A stretch of 64,000 nucleotides of DNA from Halorutilales archaeon Cl-col2-1 (GCA_041891055.1 CP169074.1:1504001-1568000), one strand, 5' to 3'. Shown: positions 39,106-54,520, numbered from the stretch's first letter. Translations and numbers: made by a program. The notes: generated by a model from the sequence alone, not told the origin.

Positions 39106-40485
39106 TTACGGGAAATTCCCGCTCATGTCGCCTCCGAACTTCTTCATCATGCGTCCGAGGTCGCCTCCACCGCCCTGCATCTGGTTGACAGTCCTCTTCA
39201 TCGTCTTGTGGTACTTGAGAAGCTCCCTCACGTCGTCCTCGCTCGTACCCGAGCCGCGCGCTATCCTCTCGATCTCCGACGAGCCTATATTACTCGGATT
39301 CTGAAGCTCGTCGTCGGTCATCGAGTCCATTATCGTCTTGTAGGCGTCCATCTTCTGCTGTGTCGTCTCGGCGAAGTCATCGGGCATCTCGTCGGTGAGA
39401 CCGCCCATACCTCCCATGCCTCCCATTCCGGGTATCATATCGAGAACCTGATCCATCGGTCCCATCTTGTTCATCGCCTCCATCTGCTTGTAGACGTCTT
39501 CGAGCGTGAGGTCGCCCTGGAGTATAGCCTCGGGATCGAGTTCCTCCTCGCCCTCTTCTTCTGACTCCGCCATCGCCTCCTCGACGCGCTCGGCGAGGGC
39601 ACGTATGTCTCCCATTCCGAGGAGACGTGATATGAAGCCGTCGGGATCGAACCTCTCTATGTCGCTCACGGTCTCTCCCGTGCCTATGAAGGCTATCGAT
39701 GAGTCGGTCTGGTTGACCGCGCTCAGAGCACCTCCACCCTTCGCAGTACCGTCGAGCTTAGTGATTACGACTCCGTCTATTCCTACAGCTTCCTCGAAAG
39801 CAGTCGCCTGATCCTTCGCTCCCTGTCCTATCGAGGCGTCGAGGACGAGTAGGTTGAGGTCGGGGTCGACGACCTCCTCTATCTCCTCTATCTCGTTTAT
39901 GAGGTTCTCCTCGAGCGAATGCCTACCCGATGTGTCGACTATAACGACGTCCCTGTTCTCGAACTCGTCGAGACCCTCGCGCGCTATCCCGACGGGATCT
40001 TCGGAGTCGGGGTCGCCGTAGAAGGGCACGTCCGCCTCGTCCGCCATCTGTTTCGACTGTTCGTAAGCACCCGGACGGAAGGTGTCGGTCTGGACTATCG
40101 CCGACTGGAGACCCTTACGTGAGAACCACTTCGCTATCTTCGCCGACGTTGTAGTCTTACCCGATCCCTGAAGACCCGACAGCATTATAACCTGGTCGTC
40201 AAGAGGCACCTCCGTCTCGTCACCTATGACCTCGACCATCTCCTCGTAGACGACGTGTAGGACGTGTTCCCTCGGACTCGTTCCGGGAGCGGGCTCCTCG
40301 TTGAGAGACCTCTCACGAACCGAGTCGCTGAGATCCATCACGAGATCGACGTCGACGTCTGCTTGGAGAAGAGCACGCTGTATGTCCTTCACGACCTCGT
40401 CGACAGCCTCCTCGTCTATGCGTGACTTACCCGCGAGCTTCTCAAGAGCGTCCTGTAGAGATGAACCCAGACTGTCAAGAACCAT
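39106..40485 (-). CDS. srp54: signal recognition particle protein SRP54
   Basis: [25 protein letters not shown], Met-rich M domain. Confidence 0.97.
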   Translation of the reverse strand: MVLDSLGSSLQDALEKLAGKSRIDEEAVDEVVKDIQRALLQADVDVDLVMDLSDSVRERSLNEEPAPGTSPREHVLHVVYEEMVEVIGDETEVPLDDQVIMLSGLQGSGKTTTSAKIAKWFSRKGLQSAIVQTDTFRPGAYEQSKQMADEADVPFYGDPDSEDPVGIAREGLDEFENRDVVIVDTSGRHSLEENLINEIEEIEEVVDPDLNLLVLDASIGQGAKDQATAFEEAVGIDGVVITKLDGTAKGGGALSAVNQTDSSIAFIGTGETVSDIERFDPDGFISRLLGMGDIRALAERVEEAMAESEEEGEEELDPEAILQGDLTLEDVYKQMEAMNKMGPMDQVLDMIPGMGGMGGMGGLTDEMPDDFAETTQQKMDAYKTIMDSMTDDELQNPSNIGSSEIERIARGSGTSEDDVRELLKYHKTMKRTVNQMQGGGGDLGRMMKKFGGDMSGNFP

Positions 40486-40577
40486 TTAAGAGAAGTAGGT
40501 CTCGAAACTCTAAATGGCTTATGGTACCCCCGTATCTGGGTAAAAAGTTAAATACTTGACTTTTACTTGTTAACCGT

Positions 40578-40940
40578 ATGCGTGACCTCACGGCGTTTCA
40601 GAGGAAGATAGTCCAGGTTCTCGCCGAGGACAGTATGTACGGTCTGGCTATAAAACGCGAACTTGAGAACTACTACGGTGACGAAGTCAACCACGGACGT
40701 CTATATCCCAACCTCGACGAACTCGTCGACATCGGATACGTACGTAAGAACGAACTCGACAAGAGAACCAACGAGTACGAGCTTACCGACAGGGGGGTTG
40801 AGAAGCTCACAGAGGAGATGAGATGGGAGATCGAGAGGTACATCAGAGGCAACGGCAGCCTCGATGATATCGACTCTTTATTCCCCGACGGGGTCGAAGT
40901 CGACGCCGACGTCGAGCTCGAAACCAAAGCCCACGAGTAG
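40578..40940 (+). CDS. PadR-family transcription regulator
   Basis: DLTAFQ, YGLAIK.ELE.YY, NHGRLYPNLD, DKRTNEY. Confidence 0.9.
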   Translation: MRDLTAFQRKIVQVLAEDSMYGLAIKRELENYYGDEVNHGRLYPNLDELVDIGYVRKNELDKRTNEYELTDRGVEKLTEEMRWEIERYIRGNGSLDDIDSLFPDGVEVDADVELETKAHE

Positions 40941-41029
40941 TCTCCGTTCTACCTCCGTGCCCCCGTGTCTGTATCTATGTCTATGTCTTTCCCCCTCCCC
41001 TTTACGTGGCTCCGGTATTTATACAGTCC

Positions 41030-42541
41030 ATGGAAGGCTCTGACTCCGACGTTCCCGTTCCGCGTGTGATGAGCACACAGCACCCCGACAACGCCACCTC
41101 GCCTTTCTTCTCAGAGGGCGACGTACTTGAGGACGAGGACGAGATACAGGAAGCCTACTACGTCTACTCACATCTCGGCTGTGACGAACAGATGTGGGAC
41201 TTCGAGGGAAAGGAAGGAGACGAGTACGCCGTCAAGAAGCTACTGTCGAGGTACGAACAGTTCTTCTCCGAGACGCGGATAGGAGACGATGTCCGTCTCA
41301 CGGTACGTGGACCCAATCCCGACGTTGAGGAGTCAGAGGCGAAGATACTCTTGGAGATACTCGAAAGCATACCCCGGTCTTACGACGCCGCCGAGACATT
41401 CTACTCCGAGAAAGGCTCTGAGATCGACGAACAGAGCCACGGTACCGCACCCATATTCGAGGTCATAATACCCATGACGACCTCCGCCGACCAGATCAAC
41501 ACAGTCCGTTCTTACTACGAGAAGTTCGTCGTCGGAAAGGAGGAAAGAGAGGTCTGGGGAGACAAGACTTTACGTGACTGGGTCGGAGAGTTCCGTCCGC
41601 GTGAGATCGACGTCATACCTCTGATAGAGGACAGACAGCATATGCTCGACGCTCACGAGATACTTCGTGAGTACGCCGCCGACAAAGATATAGAGTCCCA
41701 GCGCGTCTTCCTTGCGCGGTCAGACCCCGCTCTCAACTACGGGTCGCTCTCTGCCGTCCTCATAAACAAGGTCTCACTCCAGCGTCTCTACGACACAGCC
41801 GACGAGATAGGGGTCGACGTCCACCCCATACTCGGTGTCGGCTCCGCGCCGTTCCGGGGTAATCTCAAGCCTACCAACACCGAGACGGTTACAGAGGTCT
41901 ATCCCGAGGTGCGCACATTCACCGTACAGTCGGCGTTCAAGTACGACTACCCCGTCGAGGATGTCAGAGACGGCATTGAGACTCTACGTTCTACCCAGGT
42001 CGAGAGATCCGACCGTTTCGACGAGGACAGGGCACTCGACATAGTAGACAGGGTCGCCGACGAGTACTCGTCCCAGGTCGAGAGGATCGCGCCGGTCGTC
42101 AACCGTATGGCTAAGTACGTCCCCGACAGACGTTCGAGAAAGCTCCACGTCGGTCTCTTCGGCTACTCACGTGAGATCGGAGAGGAGTCACTCCCGCGTG
42201 CTATCAGTTACACTGCATCGCTGTACAGCATAGGATTTCCACCCGAAATGATGGGGCTGTCGGCACTCGAACCCGACGACCTCGACTTCATAGAGACTGT
42301 CTATCCGACCTTCTACGAAGATCTCAGGGATGCAGTTCGTTTCTATAACCCGAGGTCTCTCGAAGTCGTACCGATAGACGACGGGAAAGTCGAGAAAGCG
42401 CTCGAACTCGTCGATGTCGTCAGGGATAGACACCACGAGGAGGCGACAACTGAGGTCATAGAAGCCCTCGGAAGAGAGGACACCGACGCTATCAGGTCAG
42501 GTGTTCAGAGAGCGGCGTGGCAGAGGAAGTTCCTGGGATAG
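41030..42541 (+). CDS. ppcA: archaeal-type phosphoenolpyruvate carboxylase
   Basis: MSTQHPDN, MWDFEGK, FLARSDPALNYG, GSAPFRG, LPRAI. Confidence 0.94.
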   Translation: MEGSDSDVPVPRVMSTQHPDNATSPFFSEGDVLEDEDEIQEAYYVYSHLGCDEQMWDFEGKEGDEYAVKKLLSRYEQFFSETRIGDDVRLTVRGPNPDVEESEAKILLEILESIPRSYDAAETFYSEKGSEIDEQSHGTAPIFEVIIPMTTSADQINTVRSYYEKFVVGKEEREVWGDKTLRDWVGEFRPREIDVIPLIEDRQHMLDAHEILREYAADKDIESQRVFLARSDPALNYGSLSAVLINKVSLQRLYDTADEIGVDVHPILGVGSAPFRGNLKPTNTETVTEVYPEVRTFTVQSAFKYDYPVEDVRDGIETLRSTQVERSDRFDEDRALDIVDRVADEYSSQVERIAPVVNRMAKYVPDRRSRKLHVGLFGYSREIGEESLPRAISYTASLYSIGFPPEMMGLSALEPDDLDFIETVYPTFYEDLRDAVRFYNPRSLEVVPIDDGKVEKALELVDVVRDRHHEEATTEVIEALGREDTDAIRSGVQRAAWQRKFLG

Positions 42542-42568
42542 GTAGTAGAGTGAGAAAAGAGTCTACAG

Positions 42569-45061
42569 CTAGAGGCGGCTACCGTCTCCGTCGGTCGCAA
42601 CTTCTCCGACGTCTTCACTGTCAGAGACCGAGATATCCACCGACCCTGAGCCATCCACACCATCACGCAGTTCGAAGTCGTCCATTAGGGATTTGAGGTT
42701 TTCTGCTCTATCAGAGAGTTTAGAGGCGTTTTGGGAGACTTCGTTGAGGGCGGAGGTTTGTTCTTCGGCGGAGGCGGCGACGTTTTCGGACTGTGAGGAG
42801 GTTTCTTCGGAGACGCTGGCGATGTCATCGACCATGGAGACGACTTCTTGAGTTGAGTCGGCTTGGTCGTCAGTAGCGCCAGAGATTTCCTGTACGCCGG
42901 TGTTAGTTTCGTTGACGTTTTCGACGATTTCCTCTAGTGCGTCGACGGCGTCGCTAACAGCGTTGGAGCCGTCGGAGATTCTGTCTTCCATCTCGTTCAT
43001 GTCGTCGACGGCGGTTGAGGTTTGGTTCTGTACTTCGTCGATTATGGACTCGATTTCCTCGGCGGATTCTTTAGTTTCCTCGGCGAGGCTTTTGACCTCG
43101 TTGGCGACGACACCGAAGCCGTCGCCAGCGTCGTCGCCGCCGGAGCCAGCTCTTGCGGCTTCTATGTTGGCGTTGAGGGCGAGAATGTTGGTCTGTTCGG
43201 CGATATCAGTGATGACGTTGACGATATCGCCGATTTCTTTCATCCTGTCGTCGAGAGCTTTGATTTCGTCGGAGGTTTTGTCGGCTTTGGACTCTATGGA
43301 GTTCATTTCGTTGATGGCGTTGGAGGCGGCGTTTTTGCCGGATTCACCGATTTCGGCGGTTTCCTTTGATTTTTGAGCGACGTTGTCCGCCGACGACGCT
43401 ATCTCCTCAATCGTCGCCGAGAGGTCGCTCATTTCGTTAGAGACGTCGTCGAGTTTTTGGTTCTGGCTGTTGGCACCGTCGGCGATTTCCTGAATTGACT
43501 CGGAGACCTGCTGGCTAGCGGTTTTGACCTCTTCGCTTGAGGCAGTGACCTGTTCGCTCGACTCAGCGACTTCGTCGGCGAAGCTACGGATTTCGCTGAT
43601 GACGTTTTCCCAGTCGTTGACCATTGAGTTGAAGCCTTGAGCGATTGAGTTCATGGCGTCACTCTGGCTGTCGGAGTCCATTCTGAGGGTGAGGTCGCCG
43701 TCGGCAACTTTTGACATGACGTTTTCGTACTCCTGGGCTTTGTCTTCGAGATGCTGTCTCATCTCCTCGGCTTCCTTCTTTGCCTCCTCTGCCTCCTCCT
43801 TCTGCGTCTCTGCTTCCTTCTGTGCTTCCTCAGCGTCATCGAGGGCTTCGACTACGTTCTTCTTCATGTCGCTCGTAGCCTCCGTAAGACGTCTCATCTC
43901 GACACTGTAATCCGACCTACGTATGTCGTGGTCGAGCTTTCCGTCGGCGACCTCCGAGGCGTCCTCTGCGAGGTTCTTTATTGGGTTGGCTATACGACGT
44001 GACATGAAGATACCCACGAGAAGTATCGCGAACGCCGAACCTCCGGCTATGAGTATGCTCTGGTTCCGCATATCACGTGACGCAGATAGCATCTGTGATA
44101 CGGGAGCTGCGGCGACAGTGTAATACTCTATTCCGCTCGCGAGTGTCATTCTCTGGTACTCGGCGTGCCACTTCTCGCCGTCACGCGTGTAGCTGAAACT
44201 CCCGCTGTCTCCCGATAGTTCGTCAGCCGGAATTCGTAGATCTCCGGCTATGGACGTGTTGAACTCAAGACTCTCGTCCTCTCCGTGGGCTACGTAAGCC
44301 GCGCCGATCTCCTCGCCCTCCGCGTTTGTGTACGCCGGGTCGACGAGCATCCCATGTCCCCCGCTTATTTCGAGGTTCTTGACGGGCGCTGTGATCTGTT
44401 TTGCCTGGTAGTTAATTATGACGAGCCCGACGCGTTCGCCGTTGACCTCGACGGGAGTTGCGTACCGTATTGCGGGCGAGTCGGTCGCTCTTGCTATGTT
44501 GATCGACGAGACGTAGACGCCGTCGGACTCCGTCTCGTCAGGATCCATCACTTTCTCGAACCAGATTTTGTCGCCCTTATAGTCCTGAGTGTCTTCCTCA
44601 CCGAGTTTATAGCCTGTGAGGACGTTACCGTCCTTCCAGAAGACACGTATCATGTCGATGTTGGGGTTGTCCTCACCGACGTCTTGGAAGAAATCTTGTG
44701 TGTTCTGGTACTCTTGGTTTTCACCGAGTATCTGAGGATAAGCGGTTCCCTGCTCGTACTCGTCGACCTGTGAGCTTATCGTCTCGTTCCCGTATCTGTG
44801 TTCAGCGAGTCTCTGGACGTGGGGGTTCGCGGCGACTACCTTGACCTGTCTCTGGTAGAACTCCGACCTAGTCTTTGCGTTGTCCGAGATTCCGCTGACC
44901 TTCGACTCGTATACTTGGGTAGACTTTGACTCAAGAGCCGTCTCAGCCTCGGTTTCGGTTATGTAGGTTGTAATCCCAAGAGGAACTAGACTACACACTA
45001 GAATAACAGCGACTATCTTGAATCCCAGCCTGTTCGTAATCCCACCGTTTCCATCTGACAT
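42569..45061 (-). CDS. methyl-accepting chemotaxis transducer (Cache-like sensor, HAMP and signalling domains)
   Basis: Two TMs, IAEQTNILALNANIEAARAG, GFGVVANEVKSLAEE. Confidence 0.95.
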   Translation of the reverse strand: MSDGNGGITNRLGFKIVAVILVCSLVPLGITTYITETEAETALESKSTQVYESKVSGISDNAKTRSEFYQRQVKVVAANPHVQRLAEHRYGNETISSQVDEYEQGTAYPQILGENQEYQNTQDFFQDVGEDNPNIDMIRVFWKDGNVLTGYKLGEEDTQDYKGDKIWFEKVMDPDETESDGVYVSSINIARATDSPAIRYATPVEVNGERVGLVIINYQAKQITAPVKNLEISGGHGMLVDPAYTNAEGEEIGAAYVAHGEDESLEFNTSIAGDLRIPADELSGDSGSFSYTRDGEKWHAEYQRMTLASGIEYYTVAAAPVSQMLSASRDMRNQSILIAGGSAFAILLVGIFMSRRIANPIKNLAEDASEVADGKLDHDIRRSDYSVEMRRLTEATSDMKKNVVEALDDAEEAQKEAETQKEEAEEAKKEAEEMRQHLEDKAQEYENVMSKVADGDLTLRMDSDSQSDAMNSIAQGFNSMVNDWENVISEIRSFADEVAESSEQVTASSEEVKTASQQVSESIQEIADGANSQNQKLDDVSNEMSDLSATIEEIASSADNVAQKSKETAEIGESGKNAASNAINEMNSIESKADKTSDEIKALDDRMKEIGDIVNVITDIAEQTNILALNANIEAARAGSGGDDAGDGFGVVANEVKSLAEETKESAEEIESIIDEVQNQTSTAVDDMNEMEDRISDGSNAVSDAVDALEEIVENVNETNTGVQEISGATDDQADSTQEVVSMVDDIASVSEETSSQSENVAASAEEQTSALNEVSQNASKLSDRAENLKSLMDDFELRDGVDGSGSVDISVSDSEDVGEVATDGDGSRL

Positions 45062-45299
45062 TTGGTCTTAGGTGTGCTTACGATTATATAAGTCTTTGTC
45101 TAAGAAACAGGGTCTAATTTGACAAAAACGTCTTTTTCGCACTATAAATGAGTTTTAAGACCAGTTAGGAGACCTCAATTCAAGCCGGATTTTCATACTA
45201 AACACCAGAAATACCCCTATGCTCCAGAAAGCCTGTGAAACTCGGGATTTATCGTGCTAATTCAATTTGGTTCACTCACTCTAAGAACCGTTCGTTCAC

Positions 45300-45384
45300 T
45301 GCGAGGGAAGGGATTCGAACCCTTGGACCTCTTCAGGAGCGGATCTTAAGTCCGCCGCCTTTGGCCAAGCTCGGCAACCCTCGC
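45300..45384 (-). tRNA. tRNA-Leu(TAA)
   Basis: GCGAGGG acceptor stem, anticodon arm GCGGA-CTTAAGA-TCCGC, long variable arm, GGTTCGAATCC. Confidence 0.95.
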
Positions 45385-45513
45385 TCTAAAACTGAGTTGG
45401 GTTTACAGAACGTAGGCAAACGGCGACAGTATCATCGCGAGAGCGAAGAGTATAGCGATTATCTTCTTCATGTCTATATCTACGTCCATACCCGAGATTA
45501 TCGTTACAGAGTG

Positions 45514-46479
45514 TTAACCCTTCTGTTTGAGGAGGAGTCTCTTGAGTACTGACTTCTGGACGTGCATCCTGTTCTCTGCCTGTCTCCAGATCACGGAGTG
45601 GTCGCCGTCCATGACCTCGTCAGTGACCTCTTCTCCTCTGTGTGCGGGAAGGCAGTGCATGAAGATGTAGTCGTCGGCGGCGTCTTCGAGTAGATCCGAG
45701 TTTACTTGGAATCCATCGAACTTCTCCAGCTTCTCCTCGCGGTTGTCATCGCCCATGCTTACCCACGCGTCAGTGTAGATTACATCCGCGTCCTTTACAG
45801 CTTTCGACGGATCGTGACTCAGATGGATCTTACTTCCCGATTCCTCCGCGAAAGACTGTGAGTCATCTACGGTCTCCGAGTCGGGTTCAAGACCCTCTGG
45901 CGTAGCGACACTCATGTCGGCGCCGAGCTTAGACGACGCGTGGAGGAGTGAGTGACAGACATTGTTTCCGTCGCCCACCCAGGCTATCTCGACTTCTTCT
46001 ATGTCTCCTTTCATCTCCTGTATAGTGAAGAAGTCGGCGAGTGCCTGGCAAGGATGGTTGTAGTCGCTCAGACCGTTTATTACGGGAACATCGGCGTGTT
46101 CGGCGAGTTCGAGGACGTCGCCGTGGTCGTGTACACGCGCCATTATGCCGTCGACGTATCCCGAGAGCGCGCGCGCAGTGTCGGCTACTGTCTCGCCACG
46201 TCTGAGCTGTATGTCGTTCTCTGAGAGGTATACGGCGTGTCCGCCTAGCTGTGTCATTCCGGTCTCGAATGAGACACGTGTCCTTGTGGAGGGCTTCTGG
46301 AAGATCATTCCGAGGCTTCTGTCGCCGAGAGGAGGATGGGGATGTCCGTCCATCTCCTCGTACTGGCTCTTCATGCGTCGGGCTTCGTCGAGAAGATATC
46401 TTAACGTGCGGCGTGAGACTGAGTCGAGACCTATGAAATCAGTCAGGCTCGAACGTGAGTCCGAAGATGACGTCGACAT
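45514..46479 (-). CDS. argF: ornithine carbamoyltransferase
   Basis: STRTR, HPCQ, GDGNNV, SMG, HCLP. Confidence 0.95.
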   Translation of the reverse strand: MSTSSSDSRSSLTDFIGLDSVSRRTLRYLLDEARRMKSQYEEMDGHPHPPLGDRSLGMIFQKPSTRTRVSFETGMTQLGGHAVYLSENDIQLRRGETVADTARALSGYVDGIMARVHDHGDVLELAEHADVPVINGLSDYNHPCQALADFFTIQEMKGDIEEVEIAWVGDGNNVCHSLLHASSKLGADMSVATPEGLEPDSETVDDSQSFAEESGSKIHLSHDPSKAVKDADVIYTDAWVSMGDDNREEKLEKFDGFQVNSDLLEDAADDYIFMHCLPAHRGEEVTDEVMDGDHSVIWRQAENRMHVQKSVLKRLLLKQKG

Positions 46480-46569
46480 GGTATGTTATGACGAACCTCA
46501 GTCATTAAAAAGTATACGAACCAGGGCGCACGACGCAAGCCTTTTGGTTACTAAATGCAAAGTTCGAGT

Positions 46570-46935
46570 ATGTCCGAAGCTGAATCCGGAGATGATTCCG
46601 AAGCTGGGTCCGAGTCCGAATCCGAGGTCACAGAGGACGAGGTACTCGATGCTCTCAGAGAGGTTCACGACCCCGAGATACCCGTAAATGTCGTCGATCT
46701 CGGTCTGATATACGAGATGGAGATAGACGACGGACACATCGACATAGACATGACACTCACGAGTATGGGATGTCCGACTGCGGACGCAATCGTGCGTGAC
46801 GTAGAGCTTACAGCAGAACAGGTCGATGGTGTCGAAGAGGTCGACGTCGAGCTCGTCTGGCAGCCTCCTTGGACTCCCGAGAAGGTCTCCGACGACGCGA
46901 AGAAACAGCTCAGAGCGATGGGTATCAACGTATAG
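46570..46935 (+). CDS. MIP18/DUF59 (SufT-like) Fe-S assembly protein
   Basis: DPEIPVNVVDLGLIY, TLTSMGCP, WQPPWT. Confidence 0.9.
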   Translation: MSEAESGDDSEAGSESESEVTEDEVLDALREVHDPEIPVNVVDLGLIYEMEIDDGHIDIDMTLTSMGCPTADAIVRDVELTAEQVDGVEEVDVELVWQPPWTPEKVSDDAKKQLRAMGINV

Positions 46936-46946
46936 AGTAGACAGAC

Positions 46947-47321
46947 GTGAGTCCTGAGATAGACTCGGACACACACGTCGGTGTCTCGTACGAGGATCTC
47001 CAACGTCTCGAAGACGAGGGTGAGGCTCTCCGCTTTCTCAAAAGTAGAGCCGAAGAGATCGGTGTCCTCAGCGACTCGGCGGAGACGTACGTCATAAAAG
47101 ACCTCGGAAGGAAACACGACGTACATATAGACTTCTACTCGCTTCCCGGAAAGCTCGACTGTCTCCAGAGGTCGAAGAAGGAGGACCATCCGCCCGAGAC
47201 GGAGTACGTCTACATAGGCTCGGGGAAGAGAGACGAGGTAATAGCAGACAGAGCCGGCTGGGAGTACGTCGAACTCGAAGACGTTGCACGAGAGTTCGGA
47301 TGGGAGCTTTCTGACGACTGA
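46947..47321 (+). CDS. small haloarchaeal HAD-like protein (DUF7124-like), paralog A
   Basis: IGVLS..., HIDFYS..GKL, YVYIG....D...A..AGWEY. Confidence 0.7.
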   Translation: MSPEIDSDTHVGVSYEDLQRLEDEGEALRFLKSRAEEIGVLSDSAETYVIKDLGRKHDVHIDFYSLPGKLDCLQRSKKEDHPPETEYVYIGSGKRDEVIADRAGWEYVELEDVAREFGWELSDD

Positions 47322-47345
47322 TTTAAGTAAGGATACTATGTCCCT

Positions 47346-47768
47346 CTATTTCTCTGAGCCACTCAGATCCCAGCTACCCCTCTCGGCGGCTTCCTCGACG
47401 TCGGTGTACTCCCATCCTGCCTTCTCGGCTACGGCTTCGTCCCTTCTCGAAGCACCGACGAAGACGTAACGGTCGGAGTCGAACCGTCCTCTCTCCTTCG
47501 TCTTCTGTAGAGTCTGTAACTTGCCACCCTCGTCGGAGAAGAAGTCTATGTGTATGTCACGACTCGTGCAGAAGCCGTTTACAACGTGTTTGGGCTTCGA
47601 ACTCACTATTCCGACGTGGTCGGTCCAGTCCGAGATCGAGTCAAAGACCTCGTTCGGCTTACGGAGCCTGTCGACGACACCCTCGAACGAGAGAGCGAGA
47701 CAGACATCTTCGTCTTGGTTCTCTCCATCTCTGTCTCCGTCTCTGTCTCCGTCTTTATCGACTGACAT
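47346..47768 (-). CDS. small haloarchaeal HAD-like protein (DUF7124-like), paralog B
   Basis: VGIVS..., HIDFFS..GGKL, YVFVG....D...A..AGWEY; ATG at 47768. Confidence 0.72.
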   Translation of the reverse strand: MSVDKDGDRDGDRDGENQDEDVCLALSFEGVVDRLRKPNEVFDSISDWTDHVGIVSSKPKHVVNGFCTSRDIHIDFFSDEGGKLQTLQKTKERGRFDSDRYVFVGASRRDEAVAEKAGWEYTDVEEAAERGSWDLSGSEK

Positions 47769-47858
47769 AGAGCTTACACAGAGTCGGAGTCGGTGAAGTA
47801 TACGTCTTCTGATCCGGAAGACGTATCCGTGAGATCGAAGTATATCCTCCAGATTTCG

Positions 47859-49199
47859 ATGGACGACTCTGACTCTGATTCCGACGAAGACAAGGACTTC
47901 TCGCCGACTCAGAGAGACGATCCCGGGACTGAGACTGAGATCGAGACAGGCGACTCCGAGGGAGAGGTCTTCCTCGTCGGAACTGCCCACGTCTCACGCG
48001 AGAGCGTTGAGAGGGTGCGCGAGTCGATAGAGAAGGAGGAACCCGACGTAGTCGCTGTCGAACTCGACGAGAGGAGGTACCTGTCTATGAAGGGCGAGAA
48101 CGACGAGAGCCTCGACCCTCGTGACCTACTTCAGGGATTCGAGATATTCGTCTACTGGCTTCTCTCTTTCATACAGACACGTCTCGGCGAGAGGTTCGGA
48201 ATAGAGCCGGGTGCTGACATGATGGAGGCAGTCGAGACGGCAGAGGAGAACGGTATTCCCGTCGCACTCGTAGACAGGGACATACAGATCACAGTCAAAC
48301 GTCTCTGGTCGAGGATGACTTTTTTAGAGAAGATCAAGTTCTTCGGCGCACTCATCGCAGGCATCTTGGGATTCGGAGGCGGAGAAGAGATAGATGTCGA
48401 GGAGATAGCCAAGGGCGACATGGTTCACAGTCTAATGGAGGAGTTCCGTGAGTTCTCCCCCCGAGGTGCGGAGGCACTCATAGACGAACGTGACGCCTAC
48501 ATAGCCTCGAACCTCGTCGATCTCAGAGACCAAGGACATAAGGTAGTCGCCGTGATAGGAGCGGGACACAAGCCGGGCATAGAGAGATACCTCGAAGACC
48601 CCGACAGCATACCCGACGTTCCCGAGACAGTCGACTCGGGCGGTGGCTTACTCCCGTTCTCCTTCTCGCCGTTCAAGGCAGTCGGATACCTCATAAGCGG
48701 CTTCGTGATTCTGATGTTCGTCCTTCTCTTCATGGCGGGAGCCTCTAACGCACTCCTCGCACGTCTCTTCGTCTACTGGTTCGCCATAAACGGTGTCCTG
48801 TCGTTCGCGGGGGCTCTCATAGCAGGCGGACGTCTGACGAGTGCCCTCACCGGAGGACTCGTGGCGTGGATGACCTCGATAAATCCCGCGCTTGCCCCCG
48901 GCTGGTTCGCGGGATACGTCGAGCTACGTTACACAGACGTGAGTGCGCGCGACATAACAAGCATAAACGAGACACTCAACGACACGACTCTTACTTTACG
49001 TGAGGTATTCTCCGACATCTACGACATTCCCACATTCCGACTCTTCCTCGTAGTTGCACTCACTAATGTCGGGAGCATAGTCGGAACAGCACTCTTCGTC
49101 TTCGTTCTTCTACCCTACCTGGGAACTGACGTCGACATGGCGCGCCTACTCTCGCGCGGGCTCGCCAACAGCTGGGACAGTCTGACGTCTCTTTTCTGA
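47859..49199 (+). CDS. TraB/PrgY (TIKI/GumN superfamily) membrane protein
   Basis: VGTAHVS, VAVELD..R, DRDIQIT, LIDERD, VIGAGH, C-terminal TMs. Confidence 0.88.
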   Translation: MDDSDSDSDEDKDFSPTQRDDPGTETEIETGDSEGEVFLVGTAHVSRESVERVRESIEKEEPDVVAVELDERRYLSMKGENDESLDPRDLLQGFEIFVYWLLSFIQTRLGERFGIEPGADMMEAVETAEENGIPVALVDRDIQITVKRLWSRMTFLEKIKFFGALIAGILGFGGGEEIDVEEIAKGDMVHSLMEEFREFSPRGAEALIDERDAYIASNLVDLRDQGHKVVAVIGAGHKPGIERYLEDPDSIPDVPETVDSGGGLLPFSFSPFKAVGYLISGFVILMFVLLFMAGASNALLARLFVYWFAINGVLSFAGALIAGGRLTSALTGGLVAWMTSINPALAPGWFAGYVELRYTDVSARDITSINETLNDTTLTLREVFSDIYDIPTFRLFLVVALTNVGSIVGTALFVFVLLPYLGTDVDMARLLSRGLANSWDSLTSLF

Positions 49200-49299
49200 A
49201 CTCCTCGCTTCGATCTATCACGGTTCTTCACACGATTTTATATCTAAACTAAATGTCTTTCCATGTAAAGGCGGGATGGCAATCCCTATCACTGCGGGC

Positions 49300-49620
49300 G
49301 ATTTTGGCAACCCTTAACTTTACCCCCGTAATACAAAGAAATGCGAAGCGCGGTGGAGGAGGACGCGACGGACGCCTTCTCCTGCCACCGCTCGCATATC
49401 GTGACAGATAACCGACATGTTTATGTGGGTACACGGTATGCGTTAAAGTACGGAAGACGTGACGGAGGTGTTCCTGGTCTTCGGGAGCGCCCCACTGGGA
49501 ACCGATGTGTTTAAGTACACATCTTCCCAATGTTCAAATCCGCACTAAGATGGGAACGTTCGGTTCCCATCCGCGTATGGACGTGGATCAAAGCCTTTAA
49601 GTCCATACGTGATGTACGAT
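49300..49620 (+). promoter_or_regulatory. rRNA operon leader with several putative tandem TATA boxes
   Basis: CCTTAACT near 49312, TTTATGT near 49420, TTTAAGTA near 49510, TTTAAGTC near 49596. Confidence 0.55.
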
Positions 49621-49777
49621 AAGATCCGAAGGACATGAGGGTCTGACCCCTGCGGAACTCCGTAAGATCGGATCTGAGGTTAGCTCTGGTAGTTCGGTGA
49701 TATCCGACAGGTGTCGGTTCACCGGGCTCCAGTTCTTACTGGAATCCCGCCAGCCTCCCTGCCCTTGAGGCAGGGAA

Positions 49778-51248
<1,471 letters not shown>

Positions 51249-51354
51249 AACGATCGCGACCCTGTAACAGGGGCGCACCTTATACACAAGACACCTGTCG
51301 GACACCTAAGAACTACCAGAGCTAACCGACCTATCATAGGTCGACATTCGGTCA

Positions 51355-51426
51355 GGGCTCATAGCTCAGCGGCAGAGCGCCGCCTTTGCAAGGCGGAGGC
51401 CGAGGGTTCAAATCCCTCTGAGTCCA
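51355..51426 (+). tRNA. tRNA-Ala(TGC) in the rRNA spacer
   Basis: GGGCTCA...CCGCC-TTTGCAA-GGCGG...GGTTCAAATCC...TGAGTCCA. Confidence 0.96.
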
Positions 51427-51630
51427 TCAACGCCACTGCGGCGAGTTTGAAACGTTGCCCTTATATGGGGCAACGTACAAGCAAAAACGCAGACATCGAT
51501 GCACCGCTCCGTGAAAGCGCGGGCGGGAAGGGTGGATGCGCTTACCGTGATGCTCCACGGGAGTGCTATGAAGCTGTGTGTAAACGCAACCCAGACGCAC
51601 ACTGGATTTGTAGGAACGAGAGGAATTCGT

Positions 51631-54520
<2,890 letters not shown>

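Noticed and set aside
45062-45384. Integrated element at tRNA-Leu
   Set aside because: No integrase and no duplicated tRNA 3' end seen in the window.
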